Below, in pieces: positions 29,089 to 38,107 of a stretch of DNA of 64,000 bases. Positions within the stretch are counted from its first letter, which is position 1; each line of letters starts with the position of its first letter. Position numbers and translations under genes: made by a program. The notes beneath the pieces are model-generated. The model was not told the DNA's origin, did no database searches, and worked only from the letters and a program-made list of their open reading frames with translations. Source of the stretch: an uncultured Gammaproteobacteria bacterium (GTDB lineage Bacteria; Pseudomonadota; Gammaproteobacteria; Xanthomonadales; Rhodanobacteraceae); assembly GCA_963834755.1 (NCBI GenBank), contig CAWICQ010000001.1, forward strand, positions 59,566 through 123,565, read 5' to 3'.

Positions 29089-30261
29089 TCAGCGTCTGAG
29101 CCGGTCGGTCGCACGCGCGACGACGATCTCCTCGTCGGTGGGAATCGCGAATACGTCGACGCGTGAATCGGGCGCGCTGATGCGCGGGCGGTGGCGCGCA
29201 TTTGCGTCGGCGTCCAGCGCGACGCCGAGCCATGCCGAACAAGCGCAGACGCGACGTCGCATCTGCGCCGAGTGCTCGCCGATGCCGCCGCTGAAGACCA
29301 GCACGTCGAGCCCTTCGAGCGCTGCGGCCATCGCGGCGATCTCGCAGCCCGCGCGATATGCGAAGAGGTCCATGGCTTCCTCGGCATGCGGGTCGCCACT
29401 CGCCTCGAGAACGCGCAGATCGTCGCTGATTCCTGATACGCCGAGCAGGCCGGAACGGTTATAGAGCAAGTCCTCGACGGCGGCGGGCGTCATTGGTCTT
29501 TGCTGCAGCAGATACAGCAATAGACCAGGATCGATCGCGCCGCTGCGCCGACCCATCATGAGTCCATCGAGCGCGGTGAAGCCCATCGTCGTCGCCATGC
29601 TGCGCCGATCGCGCATCGCGCACAGGCTGGCGCCGTTCCCGAGATGGGCGAGGACAACGCGTCCGTTGGCGCGAGCGCCGGCGTAGCGCGGCAGAACGCC
29701 ACTGAGATATTCGTACGAGAGCCCATGAAAACCGTAACGGATGATGCCTTCGGCAGCGAAAGCGCGCGGCAGCGCGAACCATTGTGCGCGCGCCGGTTGG
29801 GTGCGATGGAATGCGGTATCGAAGCACGCGATCTGCGTCAGGCCGGGCCATGTCTGGGCAACCATGCGGATCGCAGCCAGGTTGTGAGGCTGGTGCTGCG
29901 GGGCGAGCGGCACGAGCTTTTCGAGCGCGGCGAGCACGTGCTCGTCTACGACGACAGGCTCCGCGAAATCCATTCCACCATGCACGACGCGATGGCCCGC
30001 CGCCCGAACCACGACGTCGGCCACCGATTGGCGGATGCGATCGAGCAGCCAGCGTCCGGCTGTGGAGTGATCGCGGATCTCGGCCGGCAATTCCGTCTCG
30101 CCGAAATCCGCAGCCCGTGGTCCCTCGATGTGCGCGGCGATGTCGTCGTCGCCAATGTTCTCGATATGGACTCGGCACTGCAGATCGAGCGTGCCGGCGG
30201 CATAGAGCGCGACCTTGATGCTCGACGAGCCGACATTGAGAACCAGGATCGCTTCGATCAT
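29089..30261 (-). CDS. ackA: Acetate/propionate kinase
   Basis: NVGSSSIK, GHRVVHGG, APQHQP, FDTAFH, GFHGLSY, HLGNGAS, GGIGE, PTDEE. Confidence 0.93.
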   Translation of the reverse strand: MIEAILVLNVGSSSIKVALYAAGTLDLQCRVHIENIGDDDIAAHIEGPRAADFGETELPAEIRDHSTAGRWLLDRIRQSVADVVVRAAGHRVVHGGMDFAEPVVVDEHVLAALEKLVPLAPQHQPHNLAAIRMVAQTWPGLTQIACFDTAFHRTQPARAQWFALPRAFAAEGIIRYGFHGLSYEYLSGVLPRYAGARANGRVVLAHLGNGASLCAMRDRRSMATTMGFTALDGLMMGRRSGAIDPGLLLYLLQQRPMTPAAVEDLLYNRSGLLGVSGISDDLRVLEASGDPHAEEAMDLFAYRAGCEIAAMAAALEGLDVLVFSGGIGEHSAQMRRRVCACSAWLGVALDADANARHRPRISAPDSRVDVFAIPTDEEIVVARATDRLRR

Positions 30262-31649
30262 TTCGACGCGCTTCGGAAATGCTCGAGCAGCACGGCAAGC
30301 GCGCAGGACGCCAGTCTCGCCAGCACGTCGTCCGAGCGGCTGGTGAGCACGATCGGAACGCGTGCGCCGAGCACGATCCCCGCCGAGTCGGCGCCGGAAA
30401 GGTAGATGAGCTGCTTGGCCAGCATATTGCCCGACTCGAGGTCGGGCACAACGAGTATGTCGGCGTCGCCGGCGACGGGCGAAACAATCTGTTTCGTCTC
30501 AGCGGCTGCGCGCGAGATCGCGTTGTCGAACGCGAGCGGCCCGTCGACGAGACCACCGACGATCTGGCCGCGATCGACCATCTTGCACAGCGCCGCGGCC
30601 TCGACCGTCGAGTGAATCTTCGGGTTGATCGTCTCGACCGCCGACAAGATCGCCACCTTCGGCAATCGAATCGCGATCGCGTGCGCGAGATCGATCGCGT
30701 TCTGGACGATGTCGCGCTTGTCCATCAGGTCGGGATAGATATTGATCGCGGCGTCGGTGAGCAGCAACGGTTTGGGATATGTCGGGACGTCGAGCGCGAA
30801 AACGTGACTCATGCGCCGTTCCGTGCGCAAACCCGAAGCGGCGTCGACCACGGCCGCCATCAGCTCGTCGGTGTGCAGCGCGCCCTTCATCAGTGCGCGG
30901 ACCGCACCGCTGCGCGCGAGATCGACGGCGCGCGCCGCGGCCGCGTGGCTGTGCGGCGTGTCGAGGATCTCGACCCCATCGAGCGAAAGTCCTGCCGCAG
31001 CGGCCGTCTTGCGGATCTTCGCTTCGGGTCCGACCAGCACCGGCACGATCAACAGCTTGCTCCTCGCTTCGAGAGCGCCGGTCAGCGACAGCTCGTCGCA
31101 CGGATGCACAACCGCCATGCGCAACGGTTCCAGCGATCGCGTCGCGTCGATCAGCTGGCGATAGCGCAGGCCGCGCTCGTGCAGGTGCACCTCCGCAAGC
31201 GCGGTGCGCGGCCGTCGCACTTTCGCGGTCGGTGCGATGACGCTGGCGACGCCCTCGACGACGACATCACCTGCCTGATTGCGACACACGCAATCCAGCG
31301 TGACACGGTTGCCCGGCATGTGCTTCTCGCGCACGCTGACGCGCACCGTGACCGTATCGCCGACGCCGACCGGTTTGCGGAAATGCAGGGTCTGGTCGAC
31401 ATAGATCGTGCCCGGTCCCGGCAGTTCCGTACCCAACACGGCCGATATCAGCGCGCCGCCCCACATTCCGTGCGCGATGACTTTGTGGAACACATCGGAG
31501 CGGGCGAAGTTCTCGTCGACATGTTCGGGATTGACGTCGCCGGACAATACCGCGAACAACTCGATGTCGTCCTTGCGCAAGGTGCGCGTGATCTCGGCCT
31601 GATCGCCAACCTTGAGCTCGTCGTAGGTCTTGTTCTCGATGTACTGCAT
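30258..31649 (-). CDS. Bifunctional MaoC-type enoyl-CoA hydratase / phosphate acyltransferase
   Basis: N-terminal SGDVNPEH..AHGMW hot-dog domain; C-terminal MKGALHT, DGPLAFDNA, SRSD. Confidence 0.92.
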   Translation of the reverse strand: MQYIENKTYDELKVGDQAEITRTLRKDDIELFAVLSGDVNPEHVDENFARSDVFHKVIAHGMWGGALISAVLGTELPGPGTIYVDQTLHFRKPVGVGDTVTVRVSVREKHMPGNRVTLDCVCRNQAGDVVVEGVASVIAPTAKVRRPRTALAEVHLHERGLRYRQLIDATRSLEPLRMAVVHPCDELSLTGALEARSKLLIVPVLVGPEAKIRKTAAAAGLSLDGVEILDTPHSHAAAARAVDLARSGAVRALMKGALHTDELMAAVVDAASGLRTERRMSHVFALDVPTYPKPLLLTDAAINIYPDLMDKRDIVQNAIDLAHAIAIRLPKVAILSAVETINPKIHSTVEAAALCKMVDRGQIVGGLVDGPLAFDNAISRAAAETKQIVSPVAGDADILVVPDLESGNMLAKQLIYLSGADSAGIVLGARVPIVLTSRSDDVLARLASCALAVLLEHFRSASK

Positions 31650-31723
31650 CGGTTTTCCGCCCGCGCATCCAGTCCCGTGGTTCGGCTCAAGCGTACAGTG
31701 TCGCCGACGTATGTGTCGCATGA

Positions 31724-31737
31724 TTGACCAGGATCAA
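31724..31737. promoter_or_regulatory. FNR/FixK box in the divergent MaoC-pta / MBL promoter
   Basis: TTGAC-CAGG-ATCAA, placed between ATG 31649 (-) and ATG 31803 (+). Confidence 0.8.
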
Positions 31738-31802
31738 GCGTCGCGGCGGCCGACCATCTAGAGTGCGCAGGCCGGGCGCGTCGCTGGCGGGGGAGGATGC
31801 GG

Positions 31803-33203
31803 ATGATCGCAATCACATGCCACGGCGCCGCCCGGCAAGTCACAGGGTCCTGTCACCTCCTCGAATGCGCCTCGCAGCGAATGCTGATCGACTGCGGCCT
31901 CTTTCAGGGCAGCGATGCGGTCGAGAACGGCAATGCGGCGGAATTCGGCTTCGATCCCGCGTCGATCGACTTCGTTCTACTGACCCACGCGCACCTCGAT
32001 CATTGCGGTCGCATACCGTTGTTGGTCAAACGAGGATTTCGTGGCGAAATCATCGCGACCGCTCCGACGCGCGAACTGGCGCGGCTCGTGATGAGCGACG
32101 CCGCGTCGCTGCAGCAAGAGGACGCGCGCATGCGCTCGCGGCGACTGCATCGCGGCGGAAATGCCGATTCGGTGCCGCTCTACACGATCGACGATGCGTT
32201 CCATGCGATGGATTTCTTCGGCCGCAAGGCCGAGTACGGACGCGATATCGACCTCGCGCCGGACCTGCGCGTTCGCTTCGTCGATGCCGGACACATGCTC
32301 GGATCCGCTTGCGTGCTCGTCGATGCGGGAACCGGCGCTTCGCGCCGGCGCATCCTGTTCTCGGGCGACATCGGCAATCCGGGCCGGCCGCTGCTGCGCA
32401 TTGCCGAGCCGCCGCCGGCGGCGGATGTCGTGGTGATGGAAGCGACGTACGGCGATCGCAACCATCGATCGATGTCGGCCAGTGTCGATGAGCTCGTCGC
32501 CGCGATCAAGGACAGGCTCGACAGCGGCGGCAATGTGGTCATCCCGACGTTCGCGCTCGAACGCGCGCAGGAAGTCATCTTTCATCTCGCCAATGCCGTG
32601 CGCGCAGGCACGCTGCCGCGCAACTTGCGCGTCTTCCTCGATTCGCCGATGGCGATCTCGGCGACTTCGATCTTTGCGCGCTATCCCGATTGTCTGGGCG
32701 AAGAATCACGCGCGCGCATTGCCGCCGGCAGCGACCCGTTCGGGCTGCCGACGCTGCGCTTCACGCGCGATGTCGCCGAGTCGATGGCGATCAACAATAT
32801 CGACGGCGGAGCGGTGATCCTTGCGGGCTCCGGCATGTGCACCGGCGGCCGTGTGCTCCATCACCTCAAGCACAATCTCTGGCGCGAGAATGCCGGCGTC
32901 GTATTCGTCGGCTACGCCGCCGAAGGGACACCCGCGCGCCGCATCATCGATGGCGCCGACTACGTGCGCATTCTCGGCGAGGAAATCCGCGTTCGCGCGA
33001 AGATATGGACGATCAATGGCTTCTCGGCGCACGCGGGTCAGGACGATCTGCTGCGCTGGATCGCGCACACCGGCGCACCGCGCAAGGTCCTGCTGGTCCA
33101 TGGCGAGCCGGCGCGAGGCATGCAACCGCTTGCCGAACGCATTCGGCAGAGCGGACTCTCCGTCGAGATGCCCGCCCAGGGCGAACGCCTGACGTTCGAC
33201 TGA
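31803..33203 (+). CDS. MBL-fold beta-CASP ribonuclease (RNA-metabolising)
   Basis: DCG, THAHLDHCG, AGHMLGS, FSGDIG, FSAHAG, LVHGE. Confidence 0.92.
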   Translation: MIAITCHGAARQVTGSCHLLECASQRMLIDCGLFQGSDAVENGNAAEFGFDPASIDFVLLTHAHLDHCGRIPLLVKRGFRGEIIATAPTRELARLVMSDAASLQQEDARMRSRRLHRGGNADSVPLYTIDDAFHAMDFFGRKAEYGRDIDLAPDLRVRFVDAGHMLGSACVLVDAGTGASRRRILFSGDIGNPGRPLLRIAEPPPAADVVVMEATYGDRNHRSMSASVDELVAAIKDRLDSGGNVVIPTFALERAQEVIFHLANAVRAGTLPRNLRVFLDSPMAISATSIFARYPDCLGEESRARIAAGSDPFGLPTLRFTRDVAESMAINNIDGGAVILAGSGMCTGGRVLHHLKHNLWRENAGVVFVGYAAEGTPARRIIDGADYVRILGEEIRVRAKIWTINGFSAHAGQDDLLRWIAHTGAPRKVLLVHGEPARGMQPLAERIRQSGLSVEMPAQGERLTFD

Positions 33204-33237
33204 CGTCGCACCGCGCACGCGGCAGATTCGCTCCGAC

Positions 33238-33251
33238 TTGACGCAGATCAG
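33238..33251. promoter_or_regulatory. FNR/FixK-like box (2 mismatches) upstream of USP-adh
   Basis: TTGAC-GCAG-ATCAG in the intergenic gap. Confidence 0.55.
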
Positions 33252-33338
33252 GATGGTGCCGGGCGCCGCTCGCTAGCGTGTCCCCTCGAAGCCGACGCCT
33301 CCTTCACGAGGAGATCGACAAGCGCGAGAGGACAGGTC

Positions 33339-34169
33339 ATGCAGGACGTTCTGATCTATGTGCACAGCCTCAAGCAGCCTTGGGATCCCGTGGTCGAATA
33401 CGGTGGACGACTGGCTGCGCTGCTCGGCGCCTCGGTCACTGGTGCCTACGTCTATCCATGGCCGCAATATTCGCCGCCGCCGTTCAGCTCGCCTGACTTC
33501 ATCGCGCTCATCTTCCAGAATTCGCGTGCGCAGGAGGCTGCCGCGAAGGCGGCCGAGGAACCTTTCAAGCGCTGGGCGAAGTCGGTCGGCGTCCGCGATA
33601 CGACCTGGCACGTCGCGGAAGGGTACCTGCCGGATGCGCTTGCGCAGATCGGTACGTGGCACGATTTGCTCGTGCTCGAGCTCAATTCGGATGCGCCGTG
33701 GGGTTCGCCTTCGGATGTGGCGAGTCTGGTACTCGCGTCGCATCTGCCGACCGTCATAGTTCCTGGCATGCAGAAATTGAATGGCGCGCCGGGCTGCGTG
33801 CTGGTCGCATGGAACGGCGCCCCGGAATCGGTCCGCGCGATCCACGCGGCACTGCCGTTGCTCCAGCGCGCCAAGCGCGTGGTCATGTTGTGCGGCGAGC
33901 GACGCAACAGCTATCTCGAGATCACCTGGAAACCGCCGTTCGACATGAACGCCTACCTGCTCCGGCATGGCGTCAAGCTCGAATTTCGGAATCTCGAGGT
34001 GGACGATGAGCAGGCCGGCGCGGCGATTCTCGATGCCGCGTCGGAGCTCAAGGCCGAACTCATCGTCATGGGAGCCTACGGCCGAAATCGTTTCAGCGAG
34101 TGGGCGCTCGGCGGCGCGACGCGTCATGTGCTGAATCACACTCAGGTACCGGTCTTCATGCGTCATTGA
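33339..34169 (+). CDS. Tandem-domain universal stress protein
   Basis: LVAWNGAPESVRA, IVMGAYGRNRFSEWALGGATRHVL; paralogue of 22257-23081. Confidence 0.9.
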   Translation: MQDVLIYVHSLKQPWDPVVEYGGRLAALLGASVTGAYVYPWPQYSPPPFSSPDFIALIFQNSRAQEAAAKAAEEPFKRWAKSVGVRDTTWHVAEGYLPDALAQIGTWHDLLVLELNSDAPWGSPSDVASLVLASHLPTVIVPGMQKLNGAPGCVLVAWNGAPESVRAIHAALPLLQRAKRVVMLCGERRNSYLEITWKPPFDMNAYLLRHGVKLEFRNLEVDDEQAGAAILDAASELKAELIVMGAYGRNRFSEWALGGATRHVLNHTQVPVFMRH

Positions 34170-34217
34170 GCGAAGCGTATCGTTCTCGGTGTCGGCAAGC
34201 TGCCAGGGTACGCGGAC

Positions 34218-35201
34218 GTGCGTGCGATGGTGTCCATGGGAGCGGGGCTACCGCTTCGGTACCGGGAGTTGCCCGATCCGGCCCCGCGGCCGGACGAGGT
34301 TCGTCTGCGCATAGAAGCCTGCGGCGTCTGCCGGACCGATCTGCATGTCGTCGATCGGGAGTTGCCCGACACGCCCGCGCAAATCATCCCGGGACATGAA
34401 GTCGTCGGTGTTGTCGATGTGGTCGGCGCGAATGTCTCCGCCTTCTCGGTCGGCGACCGCGTCGGGGTTCCATGGCTTGGCTCGACGTGCGGTCATTGCG
34501 AATACTGCCACGCCGGTCGCGAAAACCTTTGCGATGCGCCGACGTTCACCGGCTACACGCGATCAGGCGGATTCGCCACGCACATCGTCGCGTGCGCCGA
34601 TTACTGCGTGCCGTTGCCGGCCGGCGTAGATCCCGTCGCGACCGCGCCACTTCTATGCGCCGGGCTGATCGGCTGGCGTTGCTTGCAGAAAACAGGAGAA
34701 GCGTTTCGCATCGGTTTGTACGGATTCGGCGCGGCGGCTCACATCGTCGCCCAGATCGCGCGATGGCAGCGTCGCGAGGTGTTCGCCTTCACGCGCGCGG
34801 GCGATCTCGAGACGCAGGCGTTCGCGCGATCGCTCGGAGCCGCCTGGGCGGGCGCTTCCGGCGATGCACCACCGGTTGCGCTCGATGCGGCGATCATTTT
34901 CGCACCGGTCGGATCGCTGGTCGTCGACGCGTTGCGCGCCGTGAAGAAGGGCGGCCGCGTCGTCTGCGGCGGCATCCACATGAGCGACATTCCTTCGTTT
35001 GGCTATCAGCTGCTGTGGCACGAGCGCGAGATCGTATCGGTCGCCAACTTGACACGCGCCGATGCGCACGAATTTTTCGCGGTCGCGCCGCGCGCGGGTA
35101 TCGTGGTCACGACCACGCGTTATACGCTCCAGGATGCGAATCGCGCTCTGACCGATTTGCGCAACGGAACGTTCGACGGAGCCGCGGTACTGGTTCCGTA
35201 A
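34218..35201 (+). CDS. Zn-dependent alcohol dehydrogenase (AdhP-like)
   Basis: CGVCRTD, GHEVVG, CGHCEYC...C, LCAG, GLYGFG. Confidence 0.92.
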   Translation: MRAMVSMGAGLPLRYRELPDPAPRPDEVRLRIEACGVCRTDLHVVDRELPDTPAQIIPGHEVVGVVDVVGANVSAFSVGDRVGVPWLGSTCGHCEYCHAGRENLCDAPTFTGYTRSGGFATHIVACADYCVPLPAGVDPVATAPLLCAGLIGWRCLQKTGEAFRIGLYGFGAAAHIVAQIARWQRREVFAFTRAGDLETQAFARSLGAAWAGASGDAPPVALDAAIIFAPVGSLVVDALRAVKKGGRVVCGGIHMSDIPSFGYQLLWHEREIVSVANLTRADAHEFFAVAPRAGIVVTTTRYTLQDANRALTDLRNGTFDGAAVLVP

Positions 35202-35220
35202 CACCGTATGCTCGGCGGCT

Positions 35221-35236
35221 GTTACGAACCGTTACA
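35221..35236 (+). promoter_or_regulatory. Tandem direct repeat GTTACG-N4-GTTACA (K-box-like OmpR-family site)
   Basis: GTTAC at 35221 and 35231 with a weaker GTTGC at 35241 (10-bp period), 79 nt upstream of the FixK-like ATG. Confidence 0.7.
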
Positions 35237-35314
35237 AACGGTTGCTGCGGCGACGTCGAATTGTGAGCGTCGGCCGATAACGTCTCTTCCGCGAACCCGC
35301 GTTAGGAGACCGAC

Positions 35315-36037
35315 ATGAACATCGCATGCGCCGCCAGCAGAATCGAACCGGCCGTTGTCGCGGCGTCGGCACGCTTCAACAGCGCCGCCATCGATATCGA
35401 TCTGCTGCGTCAGCACGTCGAGGTGTTTCGCCGGAAGATATCGGCCGGTGAATACATCTATCGCGCGGGACAGCCGATGCAGGCCGTGTTTCTGGTCCAT
35501 GTCGGATCGCTCAAAACCTGCGAGCTCGCGACGGACGGCCGTGAACAGATCACCGGATTCCGCATGCGCGGCGATCTGGTCGGCGTGGAGTCGATCGGCC
35601 TTGCGACCTATGCGTGCGATGCGATTGCGCTCGAAGACTGCGAAGTCTGGGAATTGCCGTACCCGCCGGTCCTGAAGGCGTGCCTGGAGATTCCGGAATT
35701 GCACAACCGCTTCACGGCTGCCCTGGCGGAGGAGATCCGGCGCGATCGAAGCTGGATGCTTGCGCTCGGCACGTTGACCGCCGAGCAGCGCGTCGCCGCG
35801 TTCCTGATCGATGTCGCGGCCCGTTACGCGGAGCTCGGTTTCAGCGACCGTCATTTCCTGTTGCGTATGAGCCGCGCCGACATGGCGAATTTCCTCGCGC
35901 TGAAACACGAGACCGTCAGCCGGGCGCTGTCGCGTCTGCAGGACCTGTGCTTTATTGCGGTCCAGCGCCGCGAGGTCAAGGTGATGGACATGCCGGAGCT
36001 GCGCCGGCTGGCCGCGGGTTCTGCGACGATCCACTGA
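35315..36037 (+). CDS. Crp/Fnr-family regulator, FixK-type (no N-terminal Fe-S Cys cluster)
   Basis: DGREQITGF, SRADMANFL, recognition helix ETVSR; only one Cys in the N-terminal region. Confidence 0.9.
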   Translation: MNIACAASRIEPAVVAASARFNSAAIDIDLLRQHVEVFRRKISAGEYIYRAGQPMQAVFLVHVGSLKTCELATDGREQITGFRMRGDLVGVESIGLATYACDAIALEDCEVWELPYPPVLKACLEIPELHNRFTAALAEEIRRDRSWMLALGTLTAEQRVAAFLIDVAARYAELGFSDRHFLLRMSRADMANFLALKHETVSRALSRLQDLCFIAVQRREVKVMDMPELRRLAAGSATIH

Positions 36038-36049
36038 GACGCGGCGGCT

Positions 36050-38107
36050 TCAGGCGGCTCGGTCGGCGTCCAGCGTTTTGCGCAAGGCGGCCGCTAATTG
36101 CTCGCGGCGATAGGGCTTGCGTAGCACATCGGATTCGATCGATGCCGACGGCTCGCTTGCTTCGGCAGCGTGTTCATAACCGGACGTGAGCAATACCGGC
36201 AGATGAGGTCGCAATACCCTCGCTTCGCGGACGAGGTCGAAGCCGGTCATGCCGCTGCCGAGCACGATGTCGGAAAACAGCAGTTCGATATCGGTGTGCT
36301 GCCTGAGAAGCGCGAGCGCGTTCTCGGCATCGCTTGCTTCATAGGTCGTGTAGCCGAGTGAACGCAGGAAGGCGAGGGCGATTCCGCGCACTTCGGCTTC
36401 GTCTTCGACGACGAGAATGGTTTCTTTTCCTTCGCGCGGCGGTATTGCGTCGCGGACGGGATGTGCGAGGTCCGCGTTGGAGCCCGCGGGCAGATAAAGA
36501 TCGACGCGCGTCCCTTGGCCGACGTGGCTTTCAATGGCGACCTGACCGCCCGACTGCCGGGCAAATCCGTACACCATGCTGAGGCCAAGTCCGGCGCCTT
36601 TGCCGGCGTCCTTGGTCGTGAAGAAGGGTTCCAGCGCGCGCGCACACACTTCCGGCGCCATGCCGGTGCCGGTGTCGACGACGCTGAACACGACGTAGGC
36701 GCCGGGCGGCAGATCGATACGATCCGTCCCGGATTCCAGGACGTGCTCGCGGACGCCGATGTTAAGAGCACCGCCATTCGGCATCGCGTCGCGCGCGTTG
36801 AGAGCGAGGTTGATGAGCGCCGCCTCGAGTTCGCCCGGATCGGCAAACACCGGAGTCTTGTCTGCCTCGCCCAGTTCGACCGAAACGGCGATGTGCTCGC
36901 CCAGGGTGCGCCGAAGCATGCCTTGCAGATCGGAAAGAACCTGGCCAGGCAGGATGGGCCGCGGGACCAGGTGTCGTCTGCGCGCGAATGCCAGCAGCTT
37001 GCGTGTGAGTACAGCACCGCGGTCGACGGCACGCAACGCGCTGTCGATCGTTTCGCCCAGCGCGGGGCGGTCCGCAAGCTCCGCTTCGAGAATCTGAAGA
37101 TTGCCCGAGATCACGGTCAGCAGATTGTTGAAATCGTGCGCGATGCCGCCGGTGAGTTGTCCCACTGCGTCCAATCGTTGGGAATGCGCAAGCTGTTCCT
37201 CGCTGCGACTGCGTTGAGCGGCCGCGGCAAGAATATTTCCGACCGATTGCAGGAAATGCAGGGCATCGCGGTCGAAGTGATCGCGTTTGCCGGACAACGC
37301 GAGCAACACGCCCATCGGCTGGTAGCGATCGAGCAGCAAGACGGCGGCCGCATCGCGAAAACCGGCGTCGCCGAGCGCGGCGACGAGGGGCGCGAACTCG
37401 CTGCCGATCAGCTGTTTCAGCGTGATGCCCGCGGGCGCGTCGCGCTCGACGCGGGCGAATAGCGCGCTCTGCGGAATCGTCCGCGGCAGTGTTTCGCGAA
37501 GACTGCGCGGAAGGCCGGTTTCCGCGTGCACGCGCAGATCGTCGCTGCGCGGGCCCGCAAGCAGAACCACGGCAGCACGGATCGCCAACGCCGACGCCAC
37601 GAGCGCGGGCATCTTCTCAACGGCCGCTTCGTAGTTCGAAGATTCGAGCGCAAGGCGACCGATCTGCGCGGCGAACGTGTCGTGTCGCGCGCGCGTCAAA
37701 GCCTGTCGCACGCGATGCGTTTCGGAGATGTCGCGAATCGAAGCGGCGAATAATATGCTTTTCGACGACTGGATCGGACTGAGCCCGATCTCCACCGGAA
37801 AGGGTTGCCCGTTGCGGCGAACGCCGGTCAACTCATAGCCCGCGCCCATCGGGCGGACGCGTGGGTTTGCCATGAATCCGTTGCGGTGGCCGACATGAAC
37901 CGCGCGCACGCTTTCCGGCAGCAGGACTTCCACGGGCGATCCCGCGAGTTCTCCGGCCTCGTATCCAAACAGGCGTTCCGCCTGCGGATTCGCCAGGACG
38001 ATGCAACCATCGCGATTGACCACGATCATCGCATCGGGCGCCGTCTCGAACAGCGCTTCGAACAGCGCCGAGTCGATCGGTTCGTCGGATCCGGCCGGAG
38101 GCGTCAT
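36050..38107 (-). CDS. Hybrid sensor histidine kinase PAS-GAF-HisKA-HATPase-REC (FixL-like PAS)
   Basis: PAS ETAPDAMIV...FGY...LLPESVRAVH...GVRRNGQPFP; H-box GIAHDFNNLL; NARDAM; DTGTGM; FFTTK; REC EDE...FSD...KP. Confidence 0.92.
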   Translation of the reverse strand: MTPPAGSDEPIDSALFEALFETAPDAMIVVNRDGCIVLANPQAERLFGYEAGELAGSPVEVLLPESVRAVHVGHRNGFMANPRVRPMGAGYELTGVRRNGQPFPVEIGLSPIQSSKSILFAASIRDISETHRVRQALTRARHDTFAAQIGRLALESSNYEAAVEKMPALVASALAIRAAVVLLAGPRSDDLRVHAETGLPRSLRETLPRTIPQSALFARVERDAPAGITLKQLIGSEFAPLVAALGDAGFRDAAAVLLLDRYQPMGVLLALSGKRDHFDRDALHFLQSVGNILAAAAQRSRSEEQLAHSQRLDAVGQLTGGIAHDFNNLLTVISGNLQILEAELADRPALGETIDSALRAVDRGAVLTRKLLAFARRRHLVPRPILPGQVLSDLQGMLRRTLGEHIAVSVELGEADKTPVFADPGELEAALINLALNARDAMPNGGALNIGVREHVLESGTDRIDLPPGAYVVFSVVDTGTGMAPEVCARALEPFFTTKDAGKGAGLGLSMVYGFARQSGGQVAIESHVGQGTRVDLYLPAGSNADLAHPVRDAIPPREGKETILVVEDEAEVRGIALAFLRSLGYTTYEASDAENALALLRQHTDIELLFSDIVLGSGMTGFDLVREARVLRPHLPVLLTSGYEHAAEASEPSASIESDVLRKPYRREQLAAALRKTLDADRAA

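Noticed and set aside
35315-36037. Canonical O2-sensing FNR/Anr
   Set aside because: It lacks the N-terminal Cys-x2-Cys-x5-Cys cluster ligands, so it is FixK-type.
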